DNA of 64,000 nt from a phage. The notes under the pieces were generated by a model. It was not told where the DNA came from. It saw only the letters and a list, made by a program, of their open reading frames with translations, and made no database searches. Positions within the stretch are counted from its first letter, which is position 1, and the number at the start of each line of letters is the position of its first letter. A program made the translations under genes and the position numbers. The stretch lies in the sequence record PZ386971.1; one strand, 5' to 3'. This document shows positions 9,048 through 18,013 of the stretch, piece by piece.

Positions 9048-10379
9048 TTATAGGCCAAGAGCCTTTTCAAGGTCATCAAGGTCTTCAGTGTAAAGATCGA
9101 TGTCCTCTTTCTTACTTAATTCCTTGTGCTGTGCTTCAAGGTTCTCAATCTGCTTGAGTAGGCGCTCACGGGCATCCAGAGTAATAGACGACAGAGGCAT
9201 CTTGAACAACTCGTCAAGATCACCACCAAAGTCCGGGTAGTCCTGCATGAACAGAGACTTCAGCACGTCAATCTTTTGGCGGAGATCAACACGCGTCGCC
9301 CATTCAATGAACACCGCCCGGTCACCCAGCTTGCGGATCCTGTCTGCCATGTCCTTCAACAGATACTGGCGACGGTCTTCATACCGTGACAGGCGATAAT
9401 TGAAGAACGGCAGCAACATGTCCCGCCAACCAGAATAACGATGAATGACCCCGTCTTCATCCCAGGCCGTCCAAACAGGCTTGTTGGCTGAATACAACTT
9501 GAACATCTGCTCAACCTGATTATCATCCAGCTTGGACAGTTCGCCGCGCTTAAACACAACCGTGATATCCCAGCCATCTTCCGTCGTGTCGTTGGCGTAC
9601 TCGGTGAGGATACCTGCCTTGTACAGAGGCAGCAACACCTTGGTCTCATAGGTCTTGGCAAACCAACCCACTGGGACTTCGGTGATATGCAGGGTCGTGG
9701 CATTGACGCGACGGAAGATGCCGCGACTGTATGCTCTTCCTTCCTCAGTATAGCCTGTCTCTCCTTTGAAGCCGTTCCAGTACGGTTTTAAGTCTTTCGG
9801 GTCTTCGCCACGGAGAAGCGCTCTCAGGGCATTCAGCACGGACTTAACGCAATGACACGGGGTGTCGGTGGAATATCCGGTGCCGATACCATTGATCCCA
9901 TTCACCAGGAACATGGGTAGGATGGGCAGAAAGAACTTCGGCTCCAGTCTTTCTTCACCAAGGTAGTTGTATTCCAAAATACCCTCATCCTCCTTGCGGA
10001 AGATCTTGCGGATAACGTCAGATACAGCGACGGATATGTATCGGGCAGATGAAGCATCACGCCCCATGATAGAACCAAACTGGCCATCGCGGTCAAAGTA
10101 CGGGATGTTGTTCGTGCCTGGGAACCCCTGAGCCATGTTCACGATAGTGCCGCTCATGTTCTCACCACCAGACTTGTAGTTGGTGCGAGCGGCGGCGAAC
10201 ATACCAAGGCGGTCAACAATCTCCTCCTTGTTGTACTCAAGAGCAGCGAAAAGGATCTTGCGCTGGCTTGGCTTGAGGCTGTCGATCAGCTGAGGGATTT
10301 GACGGATGCTGTTGACCACAGAAAACTGCTTATGGTCAGTGTTGACAAAGTCCGTTACAGTAATGCTCTTAGCAACCAT
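9048..10379 (-). CDS. DNA topoisomerase II medium subunit (GyrA-like; T4 gp52-like)
   Basis: YKSGGENMSGTIVNMAQ resembles GyrA active-site region; start set at ATG 10379, 1 nt after the large-subunit stop, giving 443 aa. Confidence 0.75.
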   Translation of the reverse strand: MVAKSITVTDFVNTDHKQFSVVNSIRQIPQLIDSLKPSQRKILFAALEYNKEEIVDRLGMFAAARTNYKSGGENMSGTIVNMAQGFPGTNNIPYFDRDGQFGSIMGRDASSARYISVAVSDVIRKIFRKEDEGILEYNYLGEERLEPKFFLPILPMFLVNGINGIGTGYSTDTPCHCVKSVLNALRALLRGEDPKDLKPYWNGFKGETGYTEEGRAYSRGIFRRVNATTLHITEVPVGWFAKTYETKVLLPLYKAGILTEYANDTTEDGWDITVVFKRGELSKLDDNQVEQMFKLYSANKPVWTAWDEDGVIHRYSGWRDMLLPFFNYRLSRYEDRRQYLLKDMADRIRKLGDRAVFIEWATRVDLRQKIDVLKSLFMQDYPDFGGDLDELFKMPLSSITLDARERLLKQIENLEAQHKELSKKEDIDLYTEDLDDLEKALGL

Positions 10380-10380
10380 C

Positions 10381-12291
10381 TTATTCATCCTCAGTTTCAA
10401 ACAGGCAAACATCGCTAAACCAGGTTTTACGGTAATCGGCAGCCTCATCACCGAAGCCATTCTTCAGTGACTGTTGGTAGCCATCGTCCAGCGTGACCGT
10501 CGTAGTATACGCATCTAGGTTGTTTAGAATACGTTTGAAGTCTTCAGTGCTGTTACCACCAAGACCTTTCAGATATTTCTTCTTCGTGATCTTCTTGGCA
10601 TCAGGCGTCTTCAGGAACTCCTCATACTCGGCGTTGTTCATGAACTCATGCATCACCTTACCACACCACACACGCATGTAAGGGGTGCGCAGGAGCTTCA
10701 GCCTGCCCTGACGGACATACTCCGGCCAGTAGGTGCAATACAGGGTGATCAACAACCCACGGATGTGGATGCCGTCATCGTCCGCATCGGTAGCCACAAC
10801 AGTCTGTGGGTAACGGGTGATATCAAGGGGCTGGCCTGGCACTGCGCCGCCATGGATCGTACACAGGTTCTTGAACTCTTCATTGTTCATCACCTTTGAG
10901 CGCGGGGCGTTCAGGCAGTTGATGAACTTACCACGAAGCGGGAACAACCCGATCTTCTTGGTGTCGCGGGCGTTCAGGATAGGATTGGAGGCACTATCAC
11001 CCTCTGTCAGCAACAGGGAGCATCCGCTGCGGTCACCACGGGCGGTCGCCGGGTAATACTTCTCAATCTCACGATAATCCCGCTTGCTGATGTCCTTCTT
11101 GGCCTTTTCAAACTCAGCATCATCCTGCTCATTGCGCAGGGAAGCCAGTTCTTTGCTCAGACCAGCTGTAACGAACTCAAGCGCCTTGCGGATCAGTTTA
11201 TCACTGGGCTTGTACGACGTACCGAACTGGCTGACAGGAGTGGTCATGCGCTCCTTGGTCTGGCTGTCAAAGCGCGGGTTGTTGATGTCGGCAGCGATGA
11301 ACAAGGACATGTGGTTCTTGATCATTGCTGGCTTCAGTTCGGTCTTGAACTTCTTCACCAGCTGGGGACGAATCGCTGCCACGATCTGGTCAGCAACATA
11401 ATCAACGTGAGGACCACCGATGTGGGTGGCAATAGAGTTCACGTATGATGCGTGCATGAACGTACCGGATGAAGGGGCTACAGCAACAGACCAATCCCCG
11501 GTTTCGTCAACAGCCGAACCAGCATGGAAGTAATCAACGAAGTGGCCAAAGCGGTCAATCCGGATTTGCTTCCCGTTGAGAACAATCTTCAGGCGCGGGT
11601 TACACGCAGCCACTTCAAACGCGCGGCGATAGATCATCAGCAGGTTGTTCTGGTCAAGTCCTTTGACGCCCAGACGAGCATAGTCAGGGATCCAGGCGAT
11701 GGATGTGCCAGGACTGTTCACGTTGCTGATGACTGGGTTAGATTTCTTGCTCATGTTGTCTTCAAACGTCTGAGTATAAGACTTCTTGCCGTCATTAGTC
11801 GTGACGCGGAACCATTTGGAGAACACGTTGACGAGGGACGCCCCTTCGCCATTCTGACCACCGGACTTCTGGTTGTTGTACTCTTCGTCTTCGTCGTTGA
11901 AGTTCGATCCCGCATATAGAGAGCCGAACAACATTTCAGGAAGCCACTCGTTGGTGACGCCATGCTTGACCACAGGGATACCCCCGTTGTCAGCAACGAT
12001 GATTTGACCGTTCATCGGGGAAACTGTGACGGTGATTTCCGTCAGGGATTTGCCCTCAGGGGTCTTGCTGTGGTCAACACAGTTGGTGATGATTTCATCA
12101 AACTGTTTGATCAGCGCGGGGGAGTACTCAAAGTTGTCACGGAAGATGACTTTGTCCTTAGTTGGGTCATACACCCACACCGTCCCCACAGACGAACGAA
12201 TACTGCCCAGATGACGCTCTGGGCGGAGTAGGATATGCTCAACGTGAGTGAGCTTCTTGTACTTGCGTTCAATATCAATTTTGTTGGACAT
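10381..12291 (-). CDS. DNA topoisomerase II large subunit (GyrB-like ATPase + TOPRIM; T4 gp39/gp60-like, contiguous)
   Basis: 636-aa ORF; N-terminus KLTHVEHILLRPERHLGS resembles GyrB start; single uninterrupted frame. Confidence 0.8.
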   Translation of the reverse strand: MSNKIDIERKYKKLTHVEHILLRPERHLGSIRSSVGTVWVYDPTKDKVIFRDNFEYSPALIKQFDEIITNCVDHSKTPEGKSLTEITVTVSPMNGQIIVADNGGIPVVKHGVTNEWLPEMLFGSLYAGSNFNDEDEEYNNQKSGGQNGEGASLVNVFSKWFRVTTNDGKKSYTQTFEDNMSKKSNPVISNVNSPGTSIAWIPDYARLGVKGLDQNNLLMIYRRAFEVAACNPRLKIVLNGKQIRIDRFGHFVDYFHAGSAVDETGDWSVAVAPSSGTFMHASYVNSIATHIGGPHVDYVADQIVAAIRPQLVKKFKTELKPAMIKNHMSLFIAADINNPRFDSQTKERMTTPVSQFGTSYKPSDKLIRKALEFVTAGLSKELASLRNEQDDAEFEKAKKDISKRDYREIEKYYPATARGDRSGCSLLLTEGDSASNPILNARDTKKIGLFPLRGKFINCLNAPRSKVMNNEEFKNLCTIHGGAVPGQPLDITRYPQTVVATDADDDGIHIRGLLITLYCTYWPEYVRQGRLKLLRTPYMRVWCGKVMHEFMNNAEYEEFLKTPDAKKITKKKYLKGLGGNSTEDFKRILNNLDAYTTTVTLDDGYQQSLKNGFGDEAADYRKTWFSDVCLFETEDE

Positions 12292-12340
12292 CGGCCTATC
12301 CCGTCAATGGTAAACACACAAGATTATGTATGGGGTCGGC

Positions 12341-12922
12341 TTATAGACCAAATTTGCTACGCCACTTTTCAACCTTGTGTTCAATAGCGTGCTCCACTTT
12401 AATGCGAGTGGCCATCAAAGAGGATCCATGGATCGCCCCTTCCCCACACCCCATGCGCGCAACATGCTTGATTAGGTCATTGACGAGTTGATCCAATCTG
12501 TCTTGACTGCGATAAGGCTGGTTGCACAACCGGATAATCCGGCCATGATAATGATGGATAAGATTCAGATGCTTTTGAGGATCACGATCAATCAGACGGA
12601 ACCAGTCTTCTTCCAACAGATTAGAAGAAATATCGTTCACTGTCGCCATGTGGTTGATGACAGAGTCGATCATTTCGGCCTTGTTCATAGAGCCGCGCAT
12701 TTGGACGTCGTCATAATCCATGACGTACAGAAGGTCAATAGCAGAGATAATGACATCAGCAACTTCGCCATTCAACGGCTCAGAAGATACTATGCCATGA
12801 AACACATCAGACAGTTCACAGATCTCTTCACCTAGTTTGTTCAGAACAAACACAGGCGAGCGGTCTGGGGTATGAGCAGTGCAGTCATAAGAAGCGTCGA
12901 CGATAGTGTGTAGAAATTTCAT
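12341..12922 (-). CDS. hypothetical protein
   Basis: 193-aa ORF. Confidence 0.5.
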   Translation of the reverse strand: MKFLHTIVDASYDCTAHTPDRSPVFVLNKLGEEICELSDVFHGIVSSEPLNGEVADVIISAIDLLYVMDYDDVQMRGSMNKAEMIDSVINHMATVNDISSNLLEEDWFRLIDRDPQKHLNLIHHYHGRIIRLCNQPYRSQDRLDQLVNDLIKHVARMGCGEGAIHGSSLMATRIKVEHAIEHKVEKWRSKFGL

Positions 12923-13422
12923 TTCAAAGTTCCTTGTATGCGGAGACGATTAATGTGGGCAATGATATAGTCCATAGAGTTTTGAAAACTGTATTTCCCG
13001 TTCTGAACGTATGCATGGATCAGGGGTAGGCGACTGTACGCCAATCTGATCTTCAGACGTTCAGGCATTGTCTGGAGTTTCATACTAGTTGCAAATAGGA
13101 TATCGCGCTTGAATTCTTCGGTAGACGGGTCCAGGACAATGACGCGGGAAGCCGCCAATCCCTGTCCATATTGCTTGGCCTCATAACCGTCGAGCAGGCG
13201 CAGGTTGTCATCCCTATACTTCAGCCAATACCAGTACCCCTCCATGGAGTTAAACACACCATGTTCATGGGTAGTCATTGGATGATGGGTAAAATGCGAG
13301 AGGAAGCGCCCGAGTTCCGTCTGGCTCCGGCTGTAGATGTTGAAGTGATTCTTACCCTCTGTTGCAGGGGTCATCTTGTTCTGTGGAACGCTCATTAACA
13401 GCATCATGATGTAGTTTCTCAA
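12919..13422 (-). CDS. NADAR-like (YbiA-like N-glycosidase/ADP-ribose-processing) protein, tentative
   Basis: FNIYSRS...GRFLSHF...FNSMEGYWYWLKY resembles the YbiA/NADAR pattern FYS.S..G.FSNF...SEHYFQA.KF (recalled from memory). Confidence 0.4.
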   Translation of the reverse strand: MRNYIMMLLMSVPQNKMTPATEGKNHFNIYSRSQTELGRFLSHFTHHPMTTHEHGVFNSMEGYWYWLKYRDDNLRLLDGYEAKQYGQGLAASRVIVLDPSTEEFKRDILFATSMKLQTMPERLKIRLAYSRLPLIHAYVQNGKYSFQNSMDYIIAHINRLRIQGTLK

Positions 13423-13449
13423 ATCAAAGTATTGCTGTGTGTAGTCAGT

Positions 13450-13647
13450 TTATTTCTTCACACACCCCAAATAGGAGCAGAGTAAACCGACAACAGAAAA
13501 TATAATGGCAAGAAGGTAACGAGTCACCTGCATTTGTGGTGTTGTAAGCAGGCCGATAACGCTTTCGAGCGCCAGGAACAAACACACCCCAGCGATTACA
13601 CCGAATTTGAACGAATTACGTTCTCTGTTAATTCTGAACTTGTACAT
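13450..13647 (-). CDS. small membrane protein
   Basis: 65 aa, two hydrophobic helices. Confidence 0.4.
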   Translation of the reverse strand: MYKFRINRERNSFKFGVIAGVCLFLALESVIGLLTTPQMQVTRYLLAIIFSVVGLLCSYLGCVKK

Positions 13648-13696
13648 TGCGCACCTCCTGTTAGGGAAATAGGGGAGTTTCCTCCCCTATAACTAT

Positions 13697-14242
13697 CTAG
13701 CCCAGAAACACTACTAAAGTCAAATTAGTGAGGGCGCTGCGGCCTTCCCGCAGCATTTCATGCGCAGATGCAAGGCGCTTGGGGTCATGCAACGTATCAG
13801 AGAACACGATGATGTTTGCTTTATCGATGCCCGTGCCCATGTAATGGGAGATGGTTGTCGTGTGCTGTTTCTTGTCTACATCGGGCAATGATACATCCGC
13901 GCCTGCTCGGGAGCGGAAGAAAGAATCGCGTTCACTAACGCTATGGAAGACACCCATGATGTTGAGGTTGTTCTCTGTCTGGAAATCATAGGACAGAATC
14001 TTCTTCAGCGCGGCGGTGTGCCCAGTCTGGCGCAGCATGCGATAGTACAGTATGTTTCCAGAACAGGTGGGGTCCGTCACACCTCCCCTCGATTGGCGAT
14101 CTTTCTGGATTTCATACGCATCCAGGATAAGTTGTTGGACCATTTCAATATGGGCAGTCAGGGAGATTTCGACTTTACGTTTGACCATGGATTTCATTTG
14201 GTGTATCCTCAGATAGGTTCCGCTCATGGGGAACGGTTCCAT
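13697..14242 (-). CDS. hypothetical protein
   Basis: 181-aa ORF. Confidence 0.5.
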   Translation of the reverse strand: MEPFPMSGTYLRIHQMKSMVKRKVEISLTAHIEMVQQLILDAYEIQKDRQSRGGVTDPTCSGNILYYRMLRQTGHTAALKKILSYDFQTENNLNIMGVFHSVSERDSFFRSRAGADVSLPDVDKKQHTTTISHYMGTGIDKANIIVFSDTLHDPKRLASAHEMLREGRSALTNLTLVVFLG

Positions 14243-14264
14243 TATACACCAAATGCTGGAAATG

Positions 14265-14290
14265 AAAAAGAGGCCGGAGCCTCTTTTGTT
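14265..14290. terminator. intrinsic terminator hairpin (bidirectional)
   Basis: gaggc-cgga-gcctc stem-loop flanked by A-run upstream and TTTTGTT downstream. Confidence 0.5.
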
Positions 14291-14315
14291 AACCCATGAT
14301 CATCGCGTTCATGGC

Positions 14316-14573
14316 TCATTCCTCTTCATATTTGCCTGTCCTGAAGTTCCACTTTCGCGCATTCTTCAGGTCGAGGTCTTTGAAGATGTTTCCAAAGATC
14401 TTTTGGAAGGAGGTCTGCTCTTGTTCTTCCTCAAGATCCTTGGGCTTCTTGACAGGCTCTTTCACCATACCGCCTTCGGGTTTCCCCACATCGGCGGTCG
14501 TGGTTCCAGGGGCTGCTGAGTCTTCAAGGAAGTCCTGGAAGCCTTTCATGATTAGACCGCAGCCATTTCGCAA
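14316..14573 (-). CDS. hypothetical acidic protein
   Basis: 85-aa ORF followed by terminator. Confidence 0.4.
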   Translation of the reverse strand: MRNGCGLIMKGFQDFLEDSAAPGTTTADVGKPEGGMVKEPVKKPKDLEEEQEQTSFQKIFGNIFKDLDLKNARKWNFRTGKYEEE

Positions 14574-15373
14574 CGAGTAGAGGTCACAGAGTGGCCGTCA
14601 GCGTCTTCAACAACACACCAGTACTCACCCTCGTTTTCGGCAGCAACTGCAGTGATAACCAGGCTCGCAGTTGCAGCAGTGGGGTTAGTGCCAGCATCGA
14701 TCACCTCACCTTCACCACCAGGGACATCAGAGAAGTACCAAGTATGTGTGTATGGGGTAGTGCCGCCTGTAGCAGCGATGGTGAAGGTTGCGGATTCACC
14801 TGTTGTTACATCCTGAGAAGCAGCCAGATCGGTAGACAGAGACAGAGCGCCAGCCACTGTGATGACGGTAGAGTCAGTGTGGTCACCTTCGATGGTTACA
14901 CCGTAAACAGTCACTGAACCCGGTGCCAGCAGCTTGAATTTACCACCACCGATGTGCACAGCTTTGGTCAGATCGCCAGAGTACCAGTTGACACCCTGGT
15001 AGGTCGCGTTCTCCGGAGCGACGACCGCCTTCAGTTCAACAACCTGACCGACTTCACCATTAGCAGTTTCAGGGGTGATGGTCAGGCCAGTGGTCAGCAC
15101 AGCGCTTGGGTCGTGGATTTCATAAGACAGCTGGAAGCCAACGGGCTTGGTTGGATCCACTTTGGTGACGCCATCGGCCTGCAAATTGCTCTTGGTCAGC
15201 AGTGCATCCAGACCTTTACACTCAGTCAGGATCTCGTCTGGGTCTTGGTTAAGACTGGTCTTTTCCCAACCACGAGCAGTACCTGTTACAGTGTGAAGAC
15301 GCTCAGTTTCCGGTTTGTTGCGAACAACTTCCGGTGCTACTAATACAGTGATCGTTGGCATGGTTTCCTCCAC
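14552..15373 (-). CDS. Ig-like domain protein (Big_2-like plus I-set-like domain)
   Basis: VAPENATYQGVNWYSGD...VTVYGVTIEGD resembles Big_2; C-terminal GEYWCVVEDADGHS resembles an Ig-fold core. Confidence 0.6.
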   Translation of the reverse strand: MEETMPTITVLVAPEVVRNKPETERLHTVTGTARGWEKTSLNQDPDEILTECKGLDALLTKSNLQADGVTKVDPTKPVGFQLSYEIHDPSAVLTTGLTITPETANGEVGQVVELKAVVAPENATYQGVNWYSGDLTKAVHIGGGKFKLLAPGSVTVYGVTIEGDHTDSTVITVAGALSLSTDLAASQDVTTGESATFTIAATGGTTPYTHTWYFSDVPGGEGEVIDAGTNPTAATASLVITAVAAENEGEYWCVVEDADGHSVTSTRCEMAAV

Positions 15374-15732
15374 TCATCCAAATCGTTGTTCAGAGCCATC
15401 ATCAGCTCATTATCTGGTTCGTATGAACCGGAACATAAATCATCGCGCCATACGCCTAATGTCAACAAAGCAGCCTTGAGGCGTGGCAACTGGGGCTTAT
15501 CCACCTTCAAAACGAGCATACGGCAAGCGGCCTCTGTTTCGAACGTATTGAAGACAGTAATCAATTGATTGAGAATCAACCGAGGACTCTTACCAGGGAC
15601 AAATCTCTTCAATGATTGATTAATTAGCGAAATCCGCTGAATGTCTACCAGCAGTTCATCCCACGAGACAGAATCTACAATATAATGCCTCAGTGCATAA
15701 TCCATCAAGTTGCTTTCGTCAACGATAGGCAT
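15340..15732 (-). CDS. hypothetical protein
   Basis: 130-aa ORF. Confidence 0.45.
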   Translation of the reverse strand: MPIVDESNLMDYALRHYIVDSVSWDELLVDIQRISLINQSLKRFVPGKSPRLILNQLITVFNTFETEAACRMLVLKVDKPQLPRLKAALLTLGVWRDDLCSGSYEPDNELMMALNNDLDEWRKPCQRSLY

Positions 15733-15762
15733 ATTGAATAAGTTCAGCTGTTGTACATCGGC

Positions 15763-16191
15763 TTATTTAATCTGCAATTTTTCGATCAGCTTCGCAATCA
15801 GCTGAATGCGTTCTTCTTCTTCTGTGATACCCAGCGGCGCAGCCAACAACTTGAGATCATCTTCACCCAGCAGGTTCAGAGTCTCGACTGTGATGTTGGT
15901 TTCAATCACAGCCCCGGTTTCAAACGGCTTGCCGAACTTGTCGCGACCATAACGCTTGAGGGTCGCAGCCAGCCCTGGAAGCTCCTGGAGGAGTTCCTTC
16001 GTGCCGTCTTGGTATTCGCACACCCAACCGTACCCGCCAGCGTAGACGACGCCTCCGTCTCCCCCTGGAGGGATGTTATCGATGGCGCGTTGTAGGTAGG
16101 TAGGCAACACACCTTCCTCCTTCGCCTGGATGTCATCGACTGGGGCTTCAGTTTTAATTTCAACTTTCTTGACTTCAGGTTTCTTCGCCAT
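15763..16191 (-). CDS. hypothetical protein
   Basis: 142-aa ORF. Confidence 0.45.
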   Translation of the reverse strand: MAKKPEVKKVEIKTEAPVDDIQAKEEGVLPTYLQRAIDNIPPGGDGGVVYAGGYGWVCEYQDGTKELLQELPGLAATLKRYGRDKFGKPFETGAVIETNITVETLNLLGEDDLKLLAAPLGITEEEERIQLIAKLIEKLQIK

Positions 16192-16373
16192 GTTTGGTTC
16201 TCCTATAGACTGTTACGTATTTACCACAGCAATTGCAGCAGTATACGTGCATCGCGTATCCTTCGTCTGTGAAGTCGCAACCACCACAGCGACAGAACAA
16301 TTTCACGAACTGTTGGTCATGAACTTCACGGGGAGGGAATTGTTTGTGGGAGTATTCCCTGGTCTCGCCTTCG

Positions 16374-16400
16374 AACTGAAAAGGAGGCCGGAGCCTCCTT
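16374..16400 (-). terminator. intrinsic terminator downstream of rIIB-like gene
   Basis: aaggaggc-cgga-gcctcctt hairpin; minus strand continues with TTTT. Confidence 0.5.
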
Positions 16401-16416
16401 GGTGGATGGGGTTTGG

Positions 16417-17982
16417 TTACTTGTACAGGCCTGTCACGTCAATGGACTTGTGCTGGCGGTTGTACTCGGCGGTGTAATCATCCAACACCAGGTATTCACA
16501 GCAGCGGATTTTGCTTGAACCAAAATCATCGGTGACCGACACGATGTCACGCGGGTTCAGCTTACAGCGAACGACACGCTGTCCCACAGAACCGAAACAC
16601 TCCTTCAGGTAGGCCAGGGAGCACACATGCAGACCATATGAACACAGTTCGGAGTTGTTGTCGTTCACGAATGAGCGAGCCATGCGCACGATAGTGCCTG
16701 GGGCGTTGCTGATCGTGTTGCTATGCTTGTCCATGTAGTTGCCGCGCACCGATTTGTAGAGGATGATGTCACCATCTTCGTCAATTTCGATGTCAGAGTA
16801 CGCCATGAACTCGTAGATGCGCCCAGACTGAACCAGAGAAGCTGACGGGTTCTGGAACATTTTGTCCATAAACTTCGCCATGCGGTCCAGGTTGTGGAAG
16901 TCACCCTTCAGCATCAGCGCCAGTACACGCTTGGCGATGGATGTGCCTGTGATGTCATGACCGGACCAGCGGACACGGTTGTCAGACACGTCTACCAGAC
17001 CAGCAGCGTACTTCGCGATGGCTTCACGAGGACGCATCAGCGAGTATGCCAGCTTCACGTCTTTGTCTTTGATCGCCTGTACGATGCGGTCATAGGCCGG
17101 GTGTGAAGTGGTGATCGTTTCCGGCTTGCCGTCAATCGCGATAACAACGCTGTCAGGCAGAATCAGGATCTGGTGTTCGTTCAGGAACACGTCCAGGTCT
17201 TTCGCGCCGAAGTCCTGCTTGGTCTTCTTATCATCAGCCACTTCTTCAACGTCTTTGACAGCGACGGCGAATTCTACAGAAGACAGAGCCAGACGCAGGG
17301 TGCGACCGAGGATGCCATCAAAGTAACCAACACGGCGACGGGCATCCAAGGATCCACGGATAGGATAGGTTTCCCCGTCAACCACAACGCTGATTTCAAC
17401 GTTGCTCGGAACTTTGTCCGCACCTTCTGACAGTGCCACAGAAATTTCTGCCATCTCGCCGATAGCTTCAACATCGAAAGCGCAACTATCACCTTCCACA
17501 GGAGTCAATTCAGACTTTTCAAAGAAAGCCCCTTTGAAATTGCCGTCGTTAGTGAGACACAGATACTTGTTGTGGTTCGGCAGATATGCCCCAACATACC
17601 ATTCTGTGCCATCTTTGTCTTTGGCCGTGCCGCCCGGTTGGACCTCGAATACTTCTTGTTCTTCCGGCTTGATAGGAGAGATCACAGTTACCTTGTTTTT
17701 CTCCTCGGTAATCCGGACCAACAGAGCGCGAGCAATGGTCTTGGCGGACACACCGTACACCTTGGCCAAGAATGCATTGCTGACATTACCTGCCGCCGAA
17801 TCCCTTTGGATATTGGCGATCTGATCTGTTGTCAGGGATTTCAGCGAAGTAGGGTCAACACCAATTTCCGTGTCGGAAACACGTTGTACAGTCGAGCGGG
17901 GTATGCCCAACAGAGTAGCAATTGCGCTCTGGCTTTTGCCTTCCTTCAAATACTTCAGGATCTTTTCGTCAATCTTGTTCAT
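16417..17982 (-). CDS. rIIB-like protein (N-terminal HTH)
   Basis: Directly downstream of the rIIA-like gene; N-terminal HTH-like segments; start set at MNKIDEK methionine, 32 nt after the rIIA stop. Confidence 0.5.
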   Translation of the reverse strand: MNKIDEKILKYLKEGKSQSAIATLLGIPRSTVQRVSDTEIGVDPTSLKSLTTDQIANIQRDSAAGNVSNAFLAKVYGVSAKTIARALLVRITEEKNKVTVISPIKPEEQEVFEVQPGGTAKDKDGTEWYVGAYLPNHNKYLCLTNDGNFKGAFFEKSELTPVEGDSCAFDVEAIGEMAEISVALSEGADKVPSNVEISVVVDGETYPIRGSLDARRRVGYFDGILGRTLRLALSSVEFAVAVKDVEEVADDKKTKQDFGAKDLDVFLNEHQILILPDSVVIAIDGKPETITTSHPAYDRIVQAIKDKDVKLAYSLMRPREAIAKYAAGLVDVSDNRVRWSGHDITGTSIAKRVLALMLKGDFHNLDRMAKFMDKMFQNPSASLVQSGRIYEFMAYSDIEIDEDGDIILYKSVRGNYMDKHSNTISNAPGTIVRMARSFVNDNNSELCSYGLHVCSLAYLKECFGSVGQRVVRCKLNPRDIVSVTDDFGSSKIRCCEYLVLDDYTAEYNRQHKSIDVTGLYK

Positions 17983-18013
17983 CTTGTAGTTCCCACGTTG
18001 GTTAACAGGACTA

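Noticed and set aside
9048-10460. Long form of the topoisomerase medium subunit starting at 10460
   Set aside because: That start would overlap the large-subunit gene by 80 nt; the internal ATG at 10379 directly follows the upstream stop and gives a T4-like length.
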